DNA of 63,846 bases, the filler included, from Squatina squatina (Eukaryota), in assembly GCA_031763465.1 (NCBI GenBank). It is 4 parts of 3 records of this genome, joined end to end, with 100 filler letters (N's around TTAATTAATTAA, not from the genome) between each part and the next. Parts side by side here need not be neighbours in the genome. Positions count along the whole stretch, not along the records: positions 33,388 to 51,654 come from JARFOE010000192.1; positions 51,755 to 63,846 come from JARFOE010000192.1; 2 more parts are not named here. The stretch is one strand, 5' to 3'. Positions 50,195 through 63,474 of this stretch are shown here, in pieces (positions within the stretch are counted from its first letter, which is position 1; every line of letters starts with the position of its first letter). A model generated the notes under the pieces. The model saw nothing but the letters and a program-made list of their open reading frames with translations. It had not been told where the DNA came from and ran no database searches. The translations under genes and the position numbers were made by a program.

Positions 50195-50560
50195 TGCCTT
50201 TAGATCATGCCATCGTCTCATTGAAACCTCTCTTAGAGCTCCACCTTATCTCTGCAAAATCCTTAGGCCGTAGGTCCCAGCCTTTGACTTCGCCAGGTGG
50301 TTTCCTGTATACCTTCCTTCCACCACTCCCCTATCTGCAGCAGAGCTTTCTGCTGTCTCAGCTCTATTCTCTGGATTCCTTGCCTAAACTTTCTTGGCTT
50401 GCTACTTCTCGCCCCATATTTAAAAGACTTCTTGAAATCTATCTTTTCAACAGTGCCTTTGGCCATCCCTCCTAACATCTTTGTTAAAGTTCAATATGTG
50501 TGCACCCCTATGAGAAGCAATTTAAAAATCTTTTACTACACTGGAAGTGTCATTGTCAGT
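50195..50560 (+). mobile_element. L2 LINE 3' end (degenerate)
   Basis: gctccaccttatctctgcaa...agagctttctgctgtc...ctctggattccttgcctaaac...tttaaaagacttcttgaaatctatcttttcaacagtgcctttggccatc (RAFS..LWNSLP..FKxLLKTYLF) plus an L2-like tail. Confidence 0.75.
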
Positions 50561-51654
50561 AAGCTTGCACCAAATTCCTCTTTCTACTTTTTAGAAGTGT
50601 TAACCTGTTCATTTTAAATGGGTTAATGTCACCATTAAAATAAGAGAAAGAATTTGATATGAGTGCAAACAGTTCTGAAGATANNNNNNNNNNNNNNNNN
50701 NNNNNNNNNNNNNNNNNNNNNNNNNNNNNNNNNNNNNNNNNNNNNNNNNNNNNNNNNNNNNNNNNNNNNNNNNNNNNNNNNNNTGAATTCCTATATATAA
50801 CTGAATTGAGGTTAAAAATACCAATACACAGAAAGAAATCTCCAAAAAAATCAATCACAACCGGGAAAGAAAACAAAACATACAATCTGCAACTAAATCA
50901 GACTTTTCTGCGTCACAGGGACTATGCTGTCTGGGGATAGAGACACTAATTGACACACTCCAGGGACCTCCTGTCCTAACAGTGACAGTTACCCAAAGAA
51001 AAACAGCGTTATCACTGCAGAATATGTTTTATCAGTATAGAGCAACAGAAATAATGAAAGTAACAAATACAGAAAAATACACAAAGACGGACAGAAATCT
51101 GACAACCTAATGATGGCCCCGTAGGATCTTCCCGCTCCCCTTCTCCCCACTACCCCTCACTGGGCCCCCGGGACCTGGGACTACAGTTTGAAAGCCAATG
51201 CTGTAGAGCATACTCTGCCCTCTCTCTCATGTTTCATGTCCATTGGATCTGATTCTCACGGCATTACTATCCTTCTTCTGCAATCATTGACATCACAGAT
51301 CTGATTTGAGGATTTTGATATAGGTCCATTAATTGCGCTCAAATCCAACACACTGCACACAGTTCCTAAGTTACAATTATACATCCCACTCTACACTCCA
51401 GGCCTCACACCCACTCTTTCACTTCTGCCAGAATACCCAGTAAATTTGATACACAAAGCCAGCTCAAAAATCCACCCTTTGCACAGTTAATGTTGATTAT
51501 TTTCCTCAGTGGCTGGTTCCACCTTCAGTCATGGCACCAGCTTCAGACGGATGCAAATTCCTAAACTTACCACATCCAACGTTGCATGCAAAAGGGGCAT
51601 AAAAAAGGATGAGTGGGGGTTGCAATATTGATTAAAGAAACAATTATAGCTGTG

Positions 51655-51754
51655 NNNNNNNNNNNNNNNNNNNNNNNNNNNNNNNNNNNNNNNNNNNNTT
51701 AATTAATTAANNNNNNNNNNNNNNNNNNNNNNNNNNNNNNNNNNNNNNNNNNNN
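51655..51754. other. Artificial scaffold linker 44N-TTAATTAATTAA-44N
   Basis: TTAATTAATTAA at 51699-51710 centred in a 100-bp spacer. Confidence 0.97.
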
Positions 51755-51932
51755 CGTAGCAAGTTATGATGATCTACAACACACAGCCTGAAAGGATAGT
51801 GGAAGCAGATTCGGTGGTAACTTGAAGCTATGGGGAAAGAACAAGGGACTGGGACTATTTGTATAGCTCTTTCAAACAGCCGGTGCAGGCATGATGAGCC
51901 ATGTGGCCTCCTTCTGTGCTGCAAGATTCTAT
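51755..51932 (+). mobile_element. CR1 3' tail (degenerate)
   Basis: gcctgaaaggatagtggaagcagattc...gatgagccatgtggcctccttctgtgctgcaagattctat. Confidence 0.75.
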
Positions 51933-52171
51933 AAAGGGCTTTGTTCTGAGAGACATGAAGAGGCAGTATACAAACGCAAGTTCTTATCTGTCTTTGTCTC
52001 ACCGAGAGTGCCTGTCCCTTACAAAAAGCATCTGCTTCCAGACTCCCTCTGACCAGCTATCTCCAGTAAATGATTTGATTCTCTGGTGTTTGCTGTATGA
52101 TGTAGAATGGCTGTCACAGATGAGCGCTGCGGCGGTGCATGTGTGGAGAGTAACAGATTTGTTTCAAACAG

Positions 52172-52745
52172 TGTCTTGCAGAAGCCCTTGGAAAGCTTGG
52201 AGCTCGCCTACTGCTACCTTCTACCAACCGATGCAACCTACCTGGCCAACAGCCATCATGCCCCTTTCCTGAGGAAGCTGGATTTGAGTGGCAACAACCT
52301 GTCTGACGTCCTCCTCAGCCCCTTCTGCCAATTCCTGCAGCAGGCTTCCACCTCGCTGGTCTACCTGGACATCATGGAGTGCAGGGTGATGGACAGACAA
52401 CTCAGCTCCTTCCTGCCTGCCCTCAGGCACTGCTCTCAGCTCCAGTACTTCAGCTGTTTCTGTAACCCTATCTCCAGCCAGGGCCTCAAGGCCTTGCTTC
52501 ACACTGCAGTGCAGCTGCCGGCTCTTAAAATCGTCGTGCACCCTATCCCGGTCGACTGCTATGAAGAAGGACTCCCCTGGCCCCCATCCACATATGACCT
52601 TATTGACTACAGTATCGATCAAGAGAAGCTCAGTCGGGTTGATGCAGAACTGAATGAGATACGGTTAAAGGCAGTGCGAACAGATATTGTCACAACAGTT
52701 GAGCTATACAATGACTTCTCACTTGATATGTTGCAGTTGTACTGA
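52172..52745 (+). CDS. LRRC14: Leucine-rich repeat-containing protein 14 (PRAME/LRRC14 family), terminal coding exon
   Basis: tttgtttcaaacag| acceptor (phase 2). Open frame VLQKPLESLELAYCYLLP...LRKLDLSGNNLS...NPIS..GLK.LL...VVHPIPVDCYEEGLPWPP...SIDQEKLSRVDAEL to TGA at 52743-52745, matching human LRRC14 (LQSPLESLELAFCALLP...LKKLDLSGNDLS...VVHPFPVDCYEGLPWPP...SINEEKFARVEAEL). Confidence 0.92.
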
Positions 52746-54844
52746 AACAAAACCCCTTCGTTTTTTTAACAACAGGAACAGCTTGTATTAAATGCGTTTG
52801 AGACACAGATGCAATTTATATCAATTGTTTTTATATGTTCACGATTAGAGATGTATATAAAATTTCACATCATTGACTTATCTTTTCAAGGAAGCAATAA
52901 GATGAACTATTCAATGTCTTCCCATGTCCAGTGTGCATATACAGGATACACAAAGCTTGTGGAAGAGTGGAATTAATTCTCTTCCTTTTCCCCACTCCTA
53001 AGTCAGCCCATTGGCCAATGGCTTGAAATGGATGGTGCTCGTTACAGGAGTAAGTGAATGTATTGAGATGGCGGTTTGTAGATTGGGGAAGGGGCAGGCT
53101 GAGCTTAACAGATTTCTGTGAAGTGAATTGACCAAATACCTCTCGGCCATTGAAGGACTGACTGAGTGACGGTACATTTTGATAGAAAGTGAGTGTCACC
53201 TGTTTAGCCTTGAGTGGTTGCCGAAGTGATAAAGAAGTACAGTCAGGGTCTTCAGAATTCTGCTGCACCTCCGGGCCATTTTGTTACTGTAAGCCCAACC
53301 AAATTGTGCATCATGAGATTGTAAGTACCAAGAGAGGCCTATCCCAGGTAGGGAGACACCTCAATGTATATCATTTTTTTAAAGTTCTGTAAAGTAGTTT
53401 ACTGTGGTCCGAATCAGTTCATCTATGTGCTGCTCGCCTGTTAAGTTGCCAAATTGGTGCCTTTTATTTTAAGGCATTGTTAAACTGAGTGTGTGTGTCA
53501 AATTAGAGATTACAAATGAAGTGTTGGTGAGTGTCGAACCTTGTTGGCAGATGATTGCAGTAACAAGCTGGTGTTACGGTTGGCCTACGTTCACCTCATT
53601 GTCACATTAAACAAACCAGGGGCTAGTGTGTTGTAATTATATACGGGGAAAAGCTTAATGCTGAGATGTGTTCACCATAGTGGAATATGTAGCCATTTCA
53701 CAGCAGTNNNNNNNNNNNNNNNNNNNNNNNNNNNNNNNNNNNNNNNNNNNNNNNNNNNNNNNNNNNNNNNNNNNNNNNNNNNNNNNNNNNNNNNNNNNNN
53801 NNNNNNNCACCAGACTGCCAGGGATTGACTACTTCCCCCCTCCCCAACAGATCTTCCATCCGCCCAGTGAGCTTTCTCACAGGGACTACTAAGAAGTGAT
53901 ATTAAAAACAAAGAAGGGCGCCCATGTGGATGTTGGATGGTGACTGGTGACTGTGTGTTTGCTGGTGATCACTCACCGAGATGGAAAACTGGAAAAACCG
54001 CACTGACATTAGCTGCAGATTTTAAGTGAGATTCCAGCTTTCTGTCCTAGAAGCAGAACACATTTGCACTAATGTTCTGTTGTGATTTAATGATTACTGC
54101 TTAATAATGCCAAATAAAGAGTGATCTGAGTTGACATTATTGTATCGTCAGGATAAGTAAATGTGCTGGTGAGCATTACAGCTGCAATACACACGGTTCT
54201 GTATTGCTACAGGAAGCAGAGGGCGGAGAGGGTACACAGAACACTCATCGCAACCCACACTACCAGTTCTAGTTCCATGGCAGCAGGTTGTGATTCGGTT
54301 ACCTGTCCCTTAAGGAGCAGCCATGCATGCAAAGAGTGAGGATGTTCAGTGAGTTCATTACTAGACTGAATGACGAAGTGTAGGGATGGTCTTCAGTCAG
54401 TATTGTAACTCCAATGAATCAAGGTGATGAATACTCTCAATTTCTATGCCAAGGCCAGCTTTTGGACATAACAACAGGACAACACAAGGGCACCATCATT
54501 CCACCAAGCTATTGTAATGCAATGTTTAGCCATGCCCACCAGTGATAAGGGTGGGGCAACACCTATGATCCCAAAGTTAGTAGAGTTTCAACCATCTTGG
54601 GGTAACTCTCTAAGGTTCAGAGAACAATCGATTATACCGATGTTGTTATTCAGTCACTATCACCAATGCCACAACTTACATAAGTCAAAAGTGCTTACAC
54701 TCCCTTCATTTTAGGTATTATGCAACTCCTAATTTAAGACTATGAATACTAATGTCCACAAATGTTGGTTGCAATGATGACTGTCCTGTTTGGTTAGTCA
54801 CTGTTGCATATCAGGCTCCAATTTTCTATTTTTTAATTCATTAT

Positions 54845-55475
54845 CTTTGCAAGAGGATTTGAGTACAGGAGCAAAGATGTCTTACTCCAATTATATAGGG
54901 CCTTGGTGAAGCCTCACCTGGAGTACTGTGTGCAGTTTTGGTTTCCTTATCTGAGGAAGGATATTCTCGCCATAGGGGGAGTGCAGCAAAGGTTCACCAG
55001 ATTGATTCCTGCGATGGCAGGACTGTCAAATCAGGAGAGATTGGGTCGACTAGGCCTGTATTCACTAGAGTTTCGAAGAATGAGAGGGGATCTCACTGAA
55101 ACATATAAAATTCTGACAGGGCTCGACAGACTAGATGCAGGGAGGATGTTTCCCCTGGCTGGGGAGTCCAGAACCAGGGGACACAGTCTCAGGATAAGGG
55201 GCAGACCATTTAGGACTGAGTTGAGGAGAAATGTCTTCACTCAGAAGGTGGTCAGTCTATGGAGTCCTCTAACCCAGATTGCTGCAGCAGCTCAGTCTTT
55301 GAGTATATTCAGGACAAGAGATTGATGATGTCTTTAATATCTAGAAATCTAAGGGATATGGGGATAGTGCAGGAAAATGGCGTTGAGGTAAAAGATCAGC
55401 CATGATCTTGTTGAACTTTGGAGCAGGCTCGAGGGGCCGAATGGCCGACTCCTGCTCCTATTTCTTATGATCTTA
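54845..55475 (+). mobile_element. 5'-truncated CR1 LINE (ORF2 C-terminus plus 3' UTR)
   Basis: ORF 54903-55325 VKPHLEYCVQFWFPYLRKD...LGLYSLEFRRMRGDL...TRGHSLRIRG; tail ggggccgaatggccgactcctgctcctatttcttatgatctta. Confidence 0.95.
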
Positions 55476-56324
55476 ACACGAGCGAGTTAACAAGTGCAGG
55501 TGAAAAGCGTATGAAGTGTGTGCTGAAAACCTATGGAGAAGATTTTCTGTAGGTATTGTTTGTCGTGCCATCATAAATGCATTTATAAAGACCTTGTTAT
55601 GTTTCCACTGCTACTAGTGAACCCCTTTGGTACTTAATTAAATGTGACATTTAGAGTAATACATGTCTGAACTTTTGTCATTACTTTAATGTCTTTGAGA
55701 TGTTACTTTTAGAACATCCCATAAGGTGCTAGCTCCTCTTCTCCCAGTTGGCTTTGTAATTTGTGTAACAGTAATTCTGCTAATTAGACTGCATGAGATT
55801 AGACTGCTAATTAAAAGTTCCTTCTCTTTTCAAAAATAAACTTCACCAAAGTGGTTTTCCACTACCTGTACTGCAGTCTGCTATTAATTTCCCATCTTTT
55901 TTCCTTTTTGCTTGAGTATCTTCAGTCTCATTATTTCACAGTCTACAAATTTCAAGGACTTTTTAAACTGAAACAGGAGGGAGTATGTTCTGTCCTGCTG
56001 TTGTACTAATAATGCTTGCCTCTTTTTTTAAAATTTTATTTTATCAAGGTGACCGGAATAATGTGCTCGGCTGTATATTCTTTGTATTTTTTTCATGTGC
56101 AGCTGACTGAGCAACGTGTGTACAGTAATCCTTTGAACAAAGCTCGGAGTTGTGGTCTTGCATGTAAAGTACACATAACCCTTTTATTAAATTTTCATCT
56201 TAGCTAGACAATTGTGTGTATTTCACACATCCTATTGCAGAATATCCTGTGGGGTTCAACACTAGGGATACAACAACAAATGGGGAAAATTGATGTGGAG
56301 GAGTGGAGAAGGCTTTCCCACCTA

Positions 56325-57203
56325 GGTCTCTTCCCACCTACATCAAATCCACAGACAGGACTGCCCTGGTAGACCCATCATTTCAGCCTGCTCTTGCTCC
56401 ACGGAACTGATTTCTTCCTATCTCAACTCTTTTTTTTCTCCCCTTGTCCAGTCTCTTCCTACCTACATTCACAACTTTTCCTCCGCCCTCCACCACTTTA
56501 ACTTTTTCCAGTTTCCTAGCCCTAATCATCTTCGTTCCACCGTGAACATCCAATCCCTCTACGCCTCCATACCCCACCAGGAAGGACTAAGGGCGCTGCG
56601 TTCCCTCCTTGAACAGAGACCCAACCAGCACCAGCCTCCCCTGCCTGGTTGAACTTGTTCTCACATTGAAAAACTTCTCCTTTGACTCCACTCACTTCCT
56701 CCAAATAAAAGGTCTTGCTATAGGAACCAGCATGGGTCCTAGCTATGCCTGCCACTTCATGGGATATGTGGAACATCCTTTATTCCAGTGCCACTCAGGT
56801 CCCCTCCCTCGCCTCTTTTTCCAGTACATTGATAACTGTATCAGTGCCGTTTCTTGCTCTCGCCCTGAACTGGAAAATCTCATTCATTTTGCTTCCAATT
56901 TACATCCTTCCCTCACCTTCACATGGTCCATCTCCGACTCTTCCCTTCCTCGACTTCTTTGTATCCATTTCTGGGGATAGGCTATCGATGAACATCCACT
57001 ATAAGCCACTGACTCCCACAGCTACCTAGACTACACTTCCTCCCACCCCACTTTCTGTATGGACTCTATTCCATTCTCCCAATTTCTCCATTTAATCTAT
57101 TCTGACGATGCCATCTTCCATACTAGTGCTTCTAATATGTCTTCCTTTTTCCTTGGTCGTGGATTCCCCCCCACCGTGGTTGACATAGCCCTTGACCATG
57201 TCC
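56325..57203 (+). mobile_element. Penelope-like element reverse transcriptase fragment, frameshifted, cut by a gap
   Basis: DCPGRPIISACSCSTELISSYL, NIQSLYASIPHQEGL, LVELVLTLKNFSFDSTHFLQIKGLAIGTSMGPSYA, FFQYIDN (decayed RYIDD), LPFLD...IHYKP and SIPFSQF are typical PLE RT motifs. Confidence 0.92.
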
Positions 57204-58469
57204 NNNNNNNNNNNNNNNNNNNNNNNNNNNNNNNNNNNNNNNNNNNNNNNNNNNNNNNNNNNNNNNNNNNNNNNNNNNNNNNNNNNNNNNNNNNNNNNNN
57301 NNNGATGGATTTTTGTTTTTTCAGGATTGTTGTAATCAGTCTCGGGCAGATGTAGCAGATTGCAAGAGTGTGGCAGTGTGGCAGCGATTTCAGTCCTGAA
57401 TATTGCATAGTGATGTGACTGCAGACGCAGGTTTTTATGCTACATCGATTAATTTGAGCCTTGTATTTTTTTTATAAATAATTTATTTTTAAAAATGCTG
57501 CTTCATTCTTTTTAATTATATATGTCAACGGTAAACAAAATTCAGCATAGCTGCAGATCAGAAAATGTTTAATTGTTTATTTTTCCATAATGCATTTAAG
57601 TGAAGATCTTAGAAAATTGGGGATGGGGTGGGGTTGGCGTGATGGATATATAAACATGGTTTTGGTGTGGAGCCACACTCTGCTGTGGTGTGCAGTGGGN
57701 NNNNNNNNNTGCAGGTCAGGTTTTTCCTTTACCTTTCCACAAGGACAGATGGAAAAATTTGAGGGAAAAGTCACCCCAGGTTAATACTACAGACAGTCCT
57801 TCCCTGGTGTCTGGCTGCTTTTGATGAGGCTTAATGGATGGTGGAAGTACAGTCTAGGTCTAAAAACACTGTTTCACCAAGTGGGAGGGGACGGAAAGAA
57901 AGGAAAAATAGCCTTGCAAATGGAGTTAAAAAATAATTGCAATTCTGTTGCGAGGGTATTTAAATTTAACCATAACTGTGTTGTGATTTTTGCATTCCAA
58001 ATTCTCTTTCCCCCCACCCCACCCAACTGCCGCCACCCCCTTCTCCCCTCTGCCTCTCACCTGACTGAAAATCCCTTGCAGGACAGATCGGCACCTCTGC
58101 TGCATGTTTCAGTCTCTCTCAAAGCTGGTGTGTATGTTAAGGGTCAGTCTTTCATGCTGTTAGGGAAGGTACAGTAAAGCCGCTCCCCTCCACCATTTAT
58201 GCATTGCCCTGCTATTCTCCTCTGGTTTCAGCTACACATAGCACAGTTGCAGCAAGAATGATAAAGGAGAAGCCGATCTCTCTCTCTGAAGGTCGAGAAT
58301 CAAAATATTAATGTTCATATTTGTGTAGATAATCGTTTCCTATATTTTAAATCGAGCGACTTTTGTACTNNNNNNNNNNNNNNNNNNNNNNNNNNNNNNN
58401 NNNNNNNNNNNNNNNNNNNNNNNNNNNNNNNNNNNNNNNNNNNNNNNNNNNNNNNNNNNNNNNNNNNNN

Positions 58470-58692
58470 CGGGAGCAGCAGCGACTACAATGAGAGGGTG
58501 AGCAGCATATCTGCAGAGAGAGCTAAAGCAGCAGAGTCTAGAGAGAGTGGGAGCAGCAGAGTCTCCAAAGAGAATGGGAGCAACAGAGTCTCGAGAGAGA
58601 AGAACGAGCAGAGTCTACAGGAAGAGCCGGAGCACCAGTGTCTACAGAGAGAGCGGGAGCAGCAGATTCTACAGTGTGAATGGGAGCTGCAG
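58470..58692. repeat. Degenerate purine-rich minisatellite, ~26-27-bp unit
   Basis: About eight copies of approximately gggagcagcagagtctacagagagagc; the 5' side runs into a gap. Confidence 0.85.
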
Positions 58693-59044
58693 TATTGGTT
58701 TCAAATGTTCTCCACAGTTATTTGCTGTGCCGTATAGCACAGACCATATTAAATGAACTTGATTGAAAGAGGCTACTGCGTGTGGAGCCGTGCAATAATT
58801 CACATCTGTTCACGTGGCCCAGAGTGAACTGATGATTTATAATACATTCCAATATCAGATTGAAATAAATAATTCGGTATTGGTATTCTACATTTCATCA
58901 ATGTGTATATGAAATATAAACACATTTGCTTTTTTGATGGGGAGTAAAGTGAGAGAAGGGAAGATGCTAAAATTTAAAAATACTCTTGTGCTGCTTTCTC
59001 TTAAATCCTGATTACAATAAAGTGCTTGTAAAGGGTACGATTAA

Positions 59045-59125
59045 AAAGCACCTTTCACAACCAAAGTGCTTTACAGTCAACCAAGTACTCCTGAAGCGTA
59101 GTCACTGTTATAATGTTGGAAATAA
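59045..59125 (-). mobile_element. Deu-SINE 3' tail fragment
   Basis: agcacctttcacaaccaaagtgctttacagtcaaccaagtactcctgaagcgtagtcactgttataatgttggaaa is similar to the reverse complement of the tail at 34333-34440. Confidence 0.75.
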
Positions 59126-59827
59126 TGAGGGTGGGATGGTGTGGTGTGTTGGTGTGCGGCCAGTGATGGCACCTGCAACTTTCCCTAAACAATGCCTTCC
59201 CTACCAATCTTGACTGTGCATAGTTGGATGACCAGACTGCTGATATTATTGGAAGGGCTGACCAGATGGACATTCAGTTGCCAGGTGAGCGTGAAATGAA
59301 TTGACATGAATGGAGGTAGAGTATTAGTCCTGGGGCTTCAGCAATCTTGTCATTTCAACAGCCTATGGAAATTGAACTGAAGCTAGAAAACTACAATGTC
59401 CTGCACTACACAATATTCTGATATCGTAGTTTTTTTTCCTTTGAAATTTACCATCTGGCTTACTGCTTTGGATTCTTTGGGCGAATTAAAGGAGTAATGC
59501 TTTAAGCATTACAGCATCCATAAAATGCAGCTTATTACTATGTTGGATTATTTTCTTCAGGCAGTAAATGGGTTCCAGGGTGCAAGCAAGTGACACAAAG
59601 TAAATATAGTAAACGTGTGCAGTGAGCTGCGAAACAGCCTCCTTACTGTGCAGAACAGTGGCTGCGATGGCTGCCTCTTCAGACCTGTCAACTCTTGGAG
59701 CTGTAGTGCCCACCGCCTCCCGCCGCACACAAATTGTACAAATCTTCCAGCAAATTACTATGGCTGAAAAAGCCATTTGGTTGTTGAGTTTTTGGATTGG
59801 AAAAATCCATATTGTGTGTTACATTAG

Positions 59828-59930
59828 ATCTACTGCAAAATCTGAAATAAAAAAGGAAAGTGGTAGAAATGTATCGTCAGCATCTGAAATGTTCAGGTTG
59901 GTTAATGCTTTGCGTATGACCCTTCATCTG
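59828..59930 (-). mobile_element. Penelope-type terminal repeat fragment (decayed)
   Basis: tactgcaaaatctgaaataaaaa.g.aaa.tg.t.gaaat...cagcatctg...gttaatgctttgcgtatgacccttcatc; homologous to 38078-38243. Confidence 0.6.
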
Positions 59931-62114
59931 ATCGCAGCTTTTCTGCTTTATATTGCTTACGTGGCTAAATCTTGGGTAAGGTCATTATTTTGCTGAATAA
60001 GTCCTTGGGTTCTGAGTCCGTGTGATGCCTGATCTGGTTTTGAGTTGCCTTTGTACATTCACACAGTCCTGACCATAGTACCATTATTTAAAGCATCAGT
60101 ACTTGTGTTGTTTTTTTTTCAAACCTCTTTGGACCACACACTGTCTCCTGACTGCTTTTAATTCTAGAAGTTGTGTAAAACCTGGACAATTTAACTCTTT
60201 CCCCATGGTCTGGTGTCCGAGAGAGAGCTTGCTGGATGTAGAGACATCAGCTTGCTTGTAATCTGGGACCCTGTAGTGTCAGTCTAAGTGGATGCATCTA
60301 ATAATTTGACGGTGCCGAATCGTTGCTCCGTCAATGCTCAGCAGTAAATAACCAGATNNNNNNNNNNNNNNNNNNNNNNNNNNNNNNNNNNNNNNNNNNN
60401 NNNNNNNNNNNNNNNNNNNNNNNNNNNNNNNNNNNNNNNNNNNNNNNNNNNNNNNNNCGCTATTTCCCACCTCGTGCTATTAGCGAGCTTCTATCAGCAG
60501 CCCCAGTTCAGACTGGCAGCTCATTATGCATTATTCATGAGGCCGAGCTTATGAAATCCTGCGAGTTTGGCCCACTACAACTTCAGGAAGCACAAAACTT
60601 GCTGCATGTCAATCCTTAAGTTCCACCACCAAGAGTGGAAAGTTTCACCGGTAAATCACTCAGAGTGATGAATAGGAGAATTACAACACAAAAAAGTCAA
60701 ATCTGAGCCATTCGCTGCCACAAACTAAACTCCGAAATTGTAAATGCCTTTCTTCTTGTAAATAATTGCAGAGTGAAATATGCTGGTGATGAATTATAAT
60801 GAAGCAATTCAATTTCGCAACACGCATGAAAAGCTCTTTGAATAATGCACATCAGCAGAATCTCCAGGCTGGTCATCTCAAGCTCTCTGCCAGTCTTTTG
60901 CTGTTCTTTGTAGTATTGGCTTAACAGTGTTTTGTCCATTCTTAGCAGTACATGCCAAGCACACTGATCATCCTGTAGGAGCTGTAATGTCTATGGAATT
61001 CTGATTATGCAAATATTCTCAAATGCTTTGGGGTGAAAGTCCATGTCATAAGTATCATGACAGGAACACATGCATGCCATGTAAAAAACAGAAATGGTAC
61101 AATGTTACATTATAGTAAGATAATCCTGGGTCATTCATAACTCTATATACAGCTGGCTTGGGGAGGAGTGTCTTGAAAGCTGCACTAAAATTCGTGGGTA
61201 CAGATAACTTCAAGCTGCGTAACAGAAGCTTGAATGGGTCATCAAGTCATCTGAAAGCCTGAGCTTGACTCTTTGTCCCATTAAGGTTTTCTGAGCCACC
61301 TAAAGTTTGTAATCTAAACAATGTTCTTACCAATTAGGTCTAGTACTCTCCCAGTGATTGCTGTTCTTATGAGGCAAGAGTCTCAGTGGATAACATCTTG
61401 TAATGGGAAGAGAAAGTGACGTCTTTTAAGGTATCGAAATCAGGATATTCACCAATTTAAATATTTTACTTTAAATAGTGAGTACTGATGACAACCTCAG
61501 AAGAACTCATTGCGACAAGTTGACAATGGCAGTAGGATAGTGAGGGATCTAAAATAGCAAACACAAAAAAATTGCTGGAGCACCCAGGGTTTATGGCAAC
61601 TCAATTGAATTTAATCTAGCTCCTGCTAACTCATTAATTTTTCAAGCACAGCAAACCTATAAGTTTCCTTGTCTCAGCCATGGTGTCAGGAAGTTCTGCA
61701 GCAGGAGTACCGTTCATATGAAATTAAGAGCAAATCTGAGGTTGAACCCCAACCACGCGCTCATAAAACAAAGGCCTGTGAGCATATCCCCCATCCTCCC
61801 TCATGGATGGGAATTGTCGGGTGGCACTTGTGAGCCAAAAAGCAAATAACTTAGAGCTGGAGTTTAAAAATTGCTTTGAAAAATAGGATTCCTAAAGTTT
61901 ACTCTTTTTGAACTGGTACAAAATTGCCACTGCCATTTTCACGTAAAGACACAGCCTGACTCAGTGTAACATACTAAAATTTGGAAAATACTTTACTTAA
62001 CATGTGGCTTGTAAGATGCTGTAGATACTTACATGAGGATTTGATTGTTCATTTAATTTCTCAGCATTTTCCATTTCCTTTACTCGCTGTAAAATATCAG
62101 TTGTTCAGTCATTA

Positions 62115-62460
62115 AGTAAGAGCATAAGGAAACATGGAATAAGTAAAGGCCATTTGGCTCATCAAGTCTTTTCCTTTTGCAGGATCTAGAACTCCATGGA
62201 TCTGACCTATTTAACCTCTCGAGTAAAAGTTCCGCAACATTTCTCCCTGTGTTCGTGCAAATCAGGTGAAACTCCAAATATTTATCTATCTAACCTTTAC
62301 ATCGCATATTATTCATCCGTGATTGGTTACCTTCCTTGGTGTGGCCAGTTCTATGGTTCAACCAGCTCACAAATCATTACACTTCAAATAGCATTTAACT
62401 AACTCTATCCTTATAACCCTGAATCCCATTTTAACCTAATTCATCTTTAAGGAGTTAGAT
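62115..62460 (-). mobile_element. Old CR1 3' fragment
   Basis: cataaggaaacatggaataagtaaaggccatttggctcatcaagtct tail; later ttataaccctgaatcccattttaacctaattcatctttaa. Confidence 0.55.
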
Positions 62461-63474
62461 TTTTAAAGAATACAACTTTAGCTCAGCAACTCTCTCTTTG
62501 TTAGAGCATGCATCCAACTGAAAACAATAGAGGAGGAACTCCTGCCATGTAATAGTGTTGTACCCCAACTGTAATGACTGAACAGCTGGCTTTTAAAGTC
62601 TATAATTAGAGGCTAAAAACATAAAGAGAACACACTGTTCGATACAAGAGTCCAGGTTTGATATAGAATATTGAGTACCTGCTTCTCTTTAAATATGAAC
62701 ATAACTGAGCTATATGTTGCATCCTTGCCGCCCTATCCTCATTAGTTGCCAAAATTAACATCACACACATCAATGGTAGCATTAAAGGGGGTGGGGGAGG
62801 TGGGGAGGAGAAACAGAATATCGTGGGACTTCCACATGACTGTTCATATGTCCATTTCCAACATCTCTGCAACATATTTGCTTTGATGTAAAAGCAGTCC
62901 CTTTGAAAAATGTCCTCATCACAGTAAGCAACGAGTTAACGGTCCAGGAATTGTGTCTCTTGGTGATGTTCATATCTGTGACACTCGATGATAGAAGAAA
63001 TGACATTTTGTGATAGCTATTGCCAAGAGAAATTCACGTAAAGTAGCAATGTACACAGAGAATGGGTTATGTTTTAGTTGGTCAGACAGAGATTGAAACA
63101 ACACTGAAATCTCATTTAGGTCTGATGTCCCATTCAATACAATGACTGCGTCTGATAGCATGCAGCCAATTACCTGTATCGGTTACCTACAGACTAACTT
63201 TGTCACAGAACAAAGGGAGTTTTCTCTCATACATTTCCAGAGGCGCAGCTGGCCGAGGCTATTTTTATGTTGGGCTTTAACCGATCTAAAATCCCATATA
63301 GTAAAGACAGCAGTTCCTACAGTCACTTTGCAAAGCAACGTGTCAGTCACACCCTTAGACAGATGTTCTTTTAACTGGACGTTCCTTGTTCAGCCCTTCA
63401 GATGAAGCACACCGACATGTAACTATACAAAAGCAAAATACTGGAATCTGAAATTAAAAAAGGAAGAGATTTGC

